NCBI RefSeq assembly: GCF_009914755.1
Contig: NC_060931.1
Origin: the human T2T-CHM13v2.0 reference genome, Homo sapiens
Direction: 5' to 3' (one strand)
Length of the DNA stretch: 64,000 nt
Position numbers and translations under genes: made by a program. The notes beneath the pieces are model-generated. The model made no database searches. It had not been told where the DNA came from and worked only from the letters and a program-made list of their open reading frames with translations. Below, in pieces: positions 59,741 to 64,000 of the stretch. Every line of letters starts with the position of its first letter. Position 1 is the stretch's first letter.

Positions 59741-61119
59741 GACAGCAGGAACACAAAAGAATGAGCAAATTATGTCATAAATACGTGGTTACATCTAAAG
59801 GAAAATTAAATTAAGCAAAAATAGTGTTGCATCTAAAAATACAGAATTAGGCCGGGTGCGGTGGCTCACGCCTGTAATCTCAGCACTTTGGGAGGCTGAA
59901 GCGGGCAGATCACCTGAGGTCAGGAGCTCAAGACCAGCCTGCCCAATGTGGTGAAACCCCATCTCTACTAAAAATACAAAAATTACCCGGGTGTGGTGGC
60001 GGGCGCCTGTCATCCCAGCTACTCGGGAGGCAGAGGCAGGAGAATTACTCGCACCCAGGAGCTGGAGATTTCAGTGAGCCAGGATCGTGCCACTGCACTC
60101 CAGCCGGGGCAACAGAGCGAGACTCCTTCCCCCCACCAAAGAAAAAAAAAACTTAAAAACTCGTACCTAGTTGCATTCCTTATGAGCACAGAGCAAAATG
60201 TCCTCATTTTACCTGGTTTAATTTTTTTTTTCTTCCACGGCCTCTTTTACTGGGAGACCTCTGAGTTTTGATGTGTCATGACAGATAGGAGAGGTCATAT
60301 CCTTGTGATTTGTGGTTCATTGCTGGTGACATCAGAAAGTAAAGTCAACCAGGAAAAGACTCCATGGGCCTGGCTCAGGTGGCTTCTGGAGCACCACCTC
60401 CATCAAGGAGCTTTTCCTGGGGTCCATGTGTAGTCCATGTTGCCTGCTCTCCCACCCAGGGTTGCTGTGCTTATTATACAAGATGGCCAATAAAGCATGA
60501 CATATATTCAATAAATGTTCATTTCTTTTTCCAACCCTTCTTATTTTAAGTTGAGGGTATTCATAAAAGGGATTGAGCATTTCCATTTATGGACGAGGCA
60601 ACTGAGTACAGCCCCCAGGGGCACGCAGCGAGATGGCTGTCTGCTGAACCCATACACCAGCTCTCTAGGCGTTTGGTCCTGTGGGGACCGGTGCATCAGA
60701 TGCTTCCTAAGCTGGCGTCACCTGCCTGGCCCGATGCCTCCTCTGGTGTTCATTGTTTAATTAATGCCACCTCCTGATGGCAGTTTCTTTCTGGGAAGAG
60801 GAGAAAAGAGAGCCGTCCCCAAGTGAAGGGTGCAGGGAAGCCTCCACGAATAGTTTCAACTAAGGACTGTCCCAGGAAGGAAACTCTTGGGATGGGCAAA
60901 GAACAGCGAACTTCCGGTGTGACCCGGATGCACCCATTTCCAGAGAGCAGGAAGCACAGAGAAGGCCCGTGGGTCGCCCTTGGGGTGCTTTCCATCCTGC
61001 AGGGCTCGCTGCCTGCCCTGAAAGTTCTGATAAAGACATAGGACCTTCATCACCAGGGGCGCCCCGTGGGCTGTTGCTGTAGCGTCTGTCCCCCATTTCT
61101 TACACACATTGAGTGTGAT

Positions 61120-62626
<1,507 letters not shown>

Positions 62627-63407
62627 TGATGACTTGATGGCAGATTTATGGCGATTAAAGATGAGAAAAAGTGGTAACAGCAGTAGGCAGAAAATTGCCC
62701 TAGTTTCATGTTCTGACTGTGATAGTGGCAATATGACCTTGACAAATCACTGCATTTGTAAAATGAGAACACATCTCTGTTTTCTTTCGCTGGGGAATTA
62801 AAGGAAAAGTGAGATTATGAAGAAATACTATGAATTTTCAGAAATAATGAAAGTGTACGCTAAGTGAATGTCTAATTATAGAAACATATATGCCTTTGTT
62901 GTCCATTTCGCCTAAGCCACATTTTAATGGAAATTTACTTAGACTTGGGGGAGAGGGAGAGGGAAAGAAAACCAGACAAATTCACTTAGTTTTATCCAAG
63001 AGAAAAAGAATGGGACCTAAGCTGTTAGGCCAAATAATTTCTATAATTTACCTATTCACTTGCTTGATACGGCCTTTACTTCCGTCTCTAGTCAGGGACC
63101 CTTGTGTTGGGAATCAGATTTGCTTCTGTTTGTTCAAATATATGGGGATAAGTGTTTTGTTTGTTTTGTTTTTGTTTTTTTTTTTTGAGATAGAGTCTTG
63201 CTTTGTTGTTTGGGTTGGAGTGCTGTGGCGTGATTTTGGCTCACTGCAACCTCCACCTACTGGATTCAATTGATTCTCGTGCCTCAGCCTCCTGAGTGAC
63301 TGGAATTACAGATGGTACACCACCATGCCTGGCTAATTTTTGTATTTTTAGTAGAGACAGTGTTTCGCCACATTGCCCAGGATGGTCTCGAACTCCTGGC
63401 CTCATGA

Positions 63408-63714
<307 letters not shown>

Positions 63715-64000
63715 TGATCTCGAACTCCTGACCTCAAGAGATCCACCCGCCTCGGCCTTCCAAAGGGCTGGGATTACAGGCGTGAGCCACCACGCCCAGT
63801 GGATTATGGTTTTTATTATAAAGCGCAACTTCCTAAGTATGTATGCTTCGTTACTTGTTGATGGGTAATCTGGGCTAGCAGTTAATTCACATGGTAACAG
63901 ATAAAGCTAGATCACAGTCTTTAATAATAGGGAAATAGAGCATCCTCTTTAATAATAGGGAAAAGATTTACTGACATTTTTAGGCATAACAGTTTTCTGC

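Noticed and set aside
61049-61063. CTCF-like TCACCAGGGGCGC
   Set aside because: One G short of the core CCASYAGRKGGCR spacing and mismatched at the first position; too weak to call.

Overview
Human/primate genomic DNA that is extremely Alu-dense. I recognise the CpG island and the non-coding first exon (~33981-34350, donor CGG|GTGAGT) from memory of the mRNA 5' end as GTF2I (TFII-I, 7q11.23 Williams-Beuren region). The left half is upstream sequence. The right half is GTF2I intron 1, and coding exon 2 is not in the window. Almost all listed ORFs are Alu-derived or GC-rich shadow frames. The one real protein-like ORF lies ~7.4 kb upstream of exon 1. It is an uninterrupted Tigger7/MER44 (pogo-family) transposase N-terminus with two HTH DNA-binding domains (ATG 26604) and no DDE catalytic domain. 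It ends at a consensus splice donor (27081|27082) whose phase would be in frame with GTF2I exon 2 as I recall it. This makes it a candidate transposase-capture alternative first exon encoding a Tigger-HTH::TFII-I fusion factor. Other elements: a 35-nt U2 snRNA retro-fragment with triplicated target-site repeats, two AluYa5-type young inserts, an old Alu+82-bp tandem duplication, a second decayed Tigger fragment, an MRR uORF, a poly(A)/polypurine tract at the TSS, paired ZNF143-type and NRF1 motifs, and a solo MER51-family LTR with TGAT TSDs. Repeat subfamily names are by eye, and repeat boundaries are approximate unless stated.
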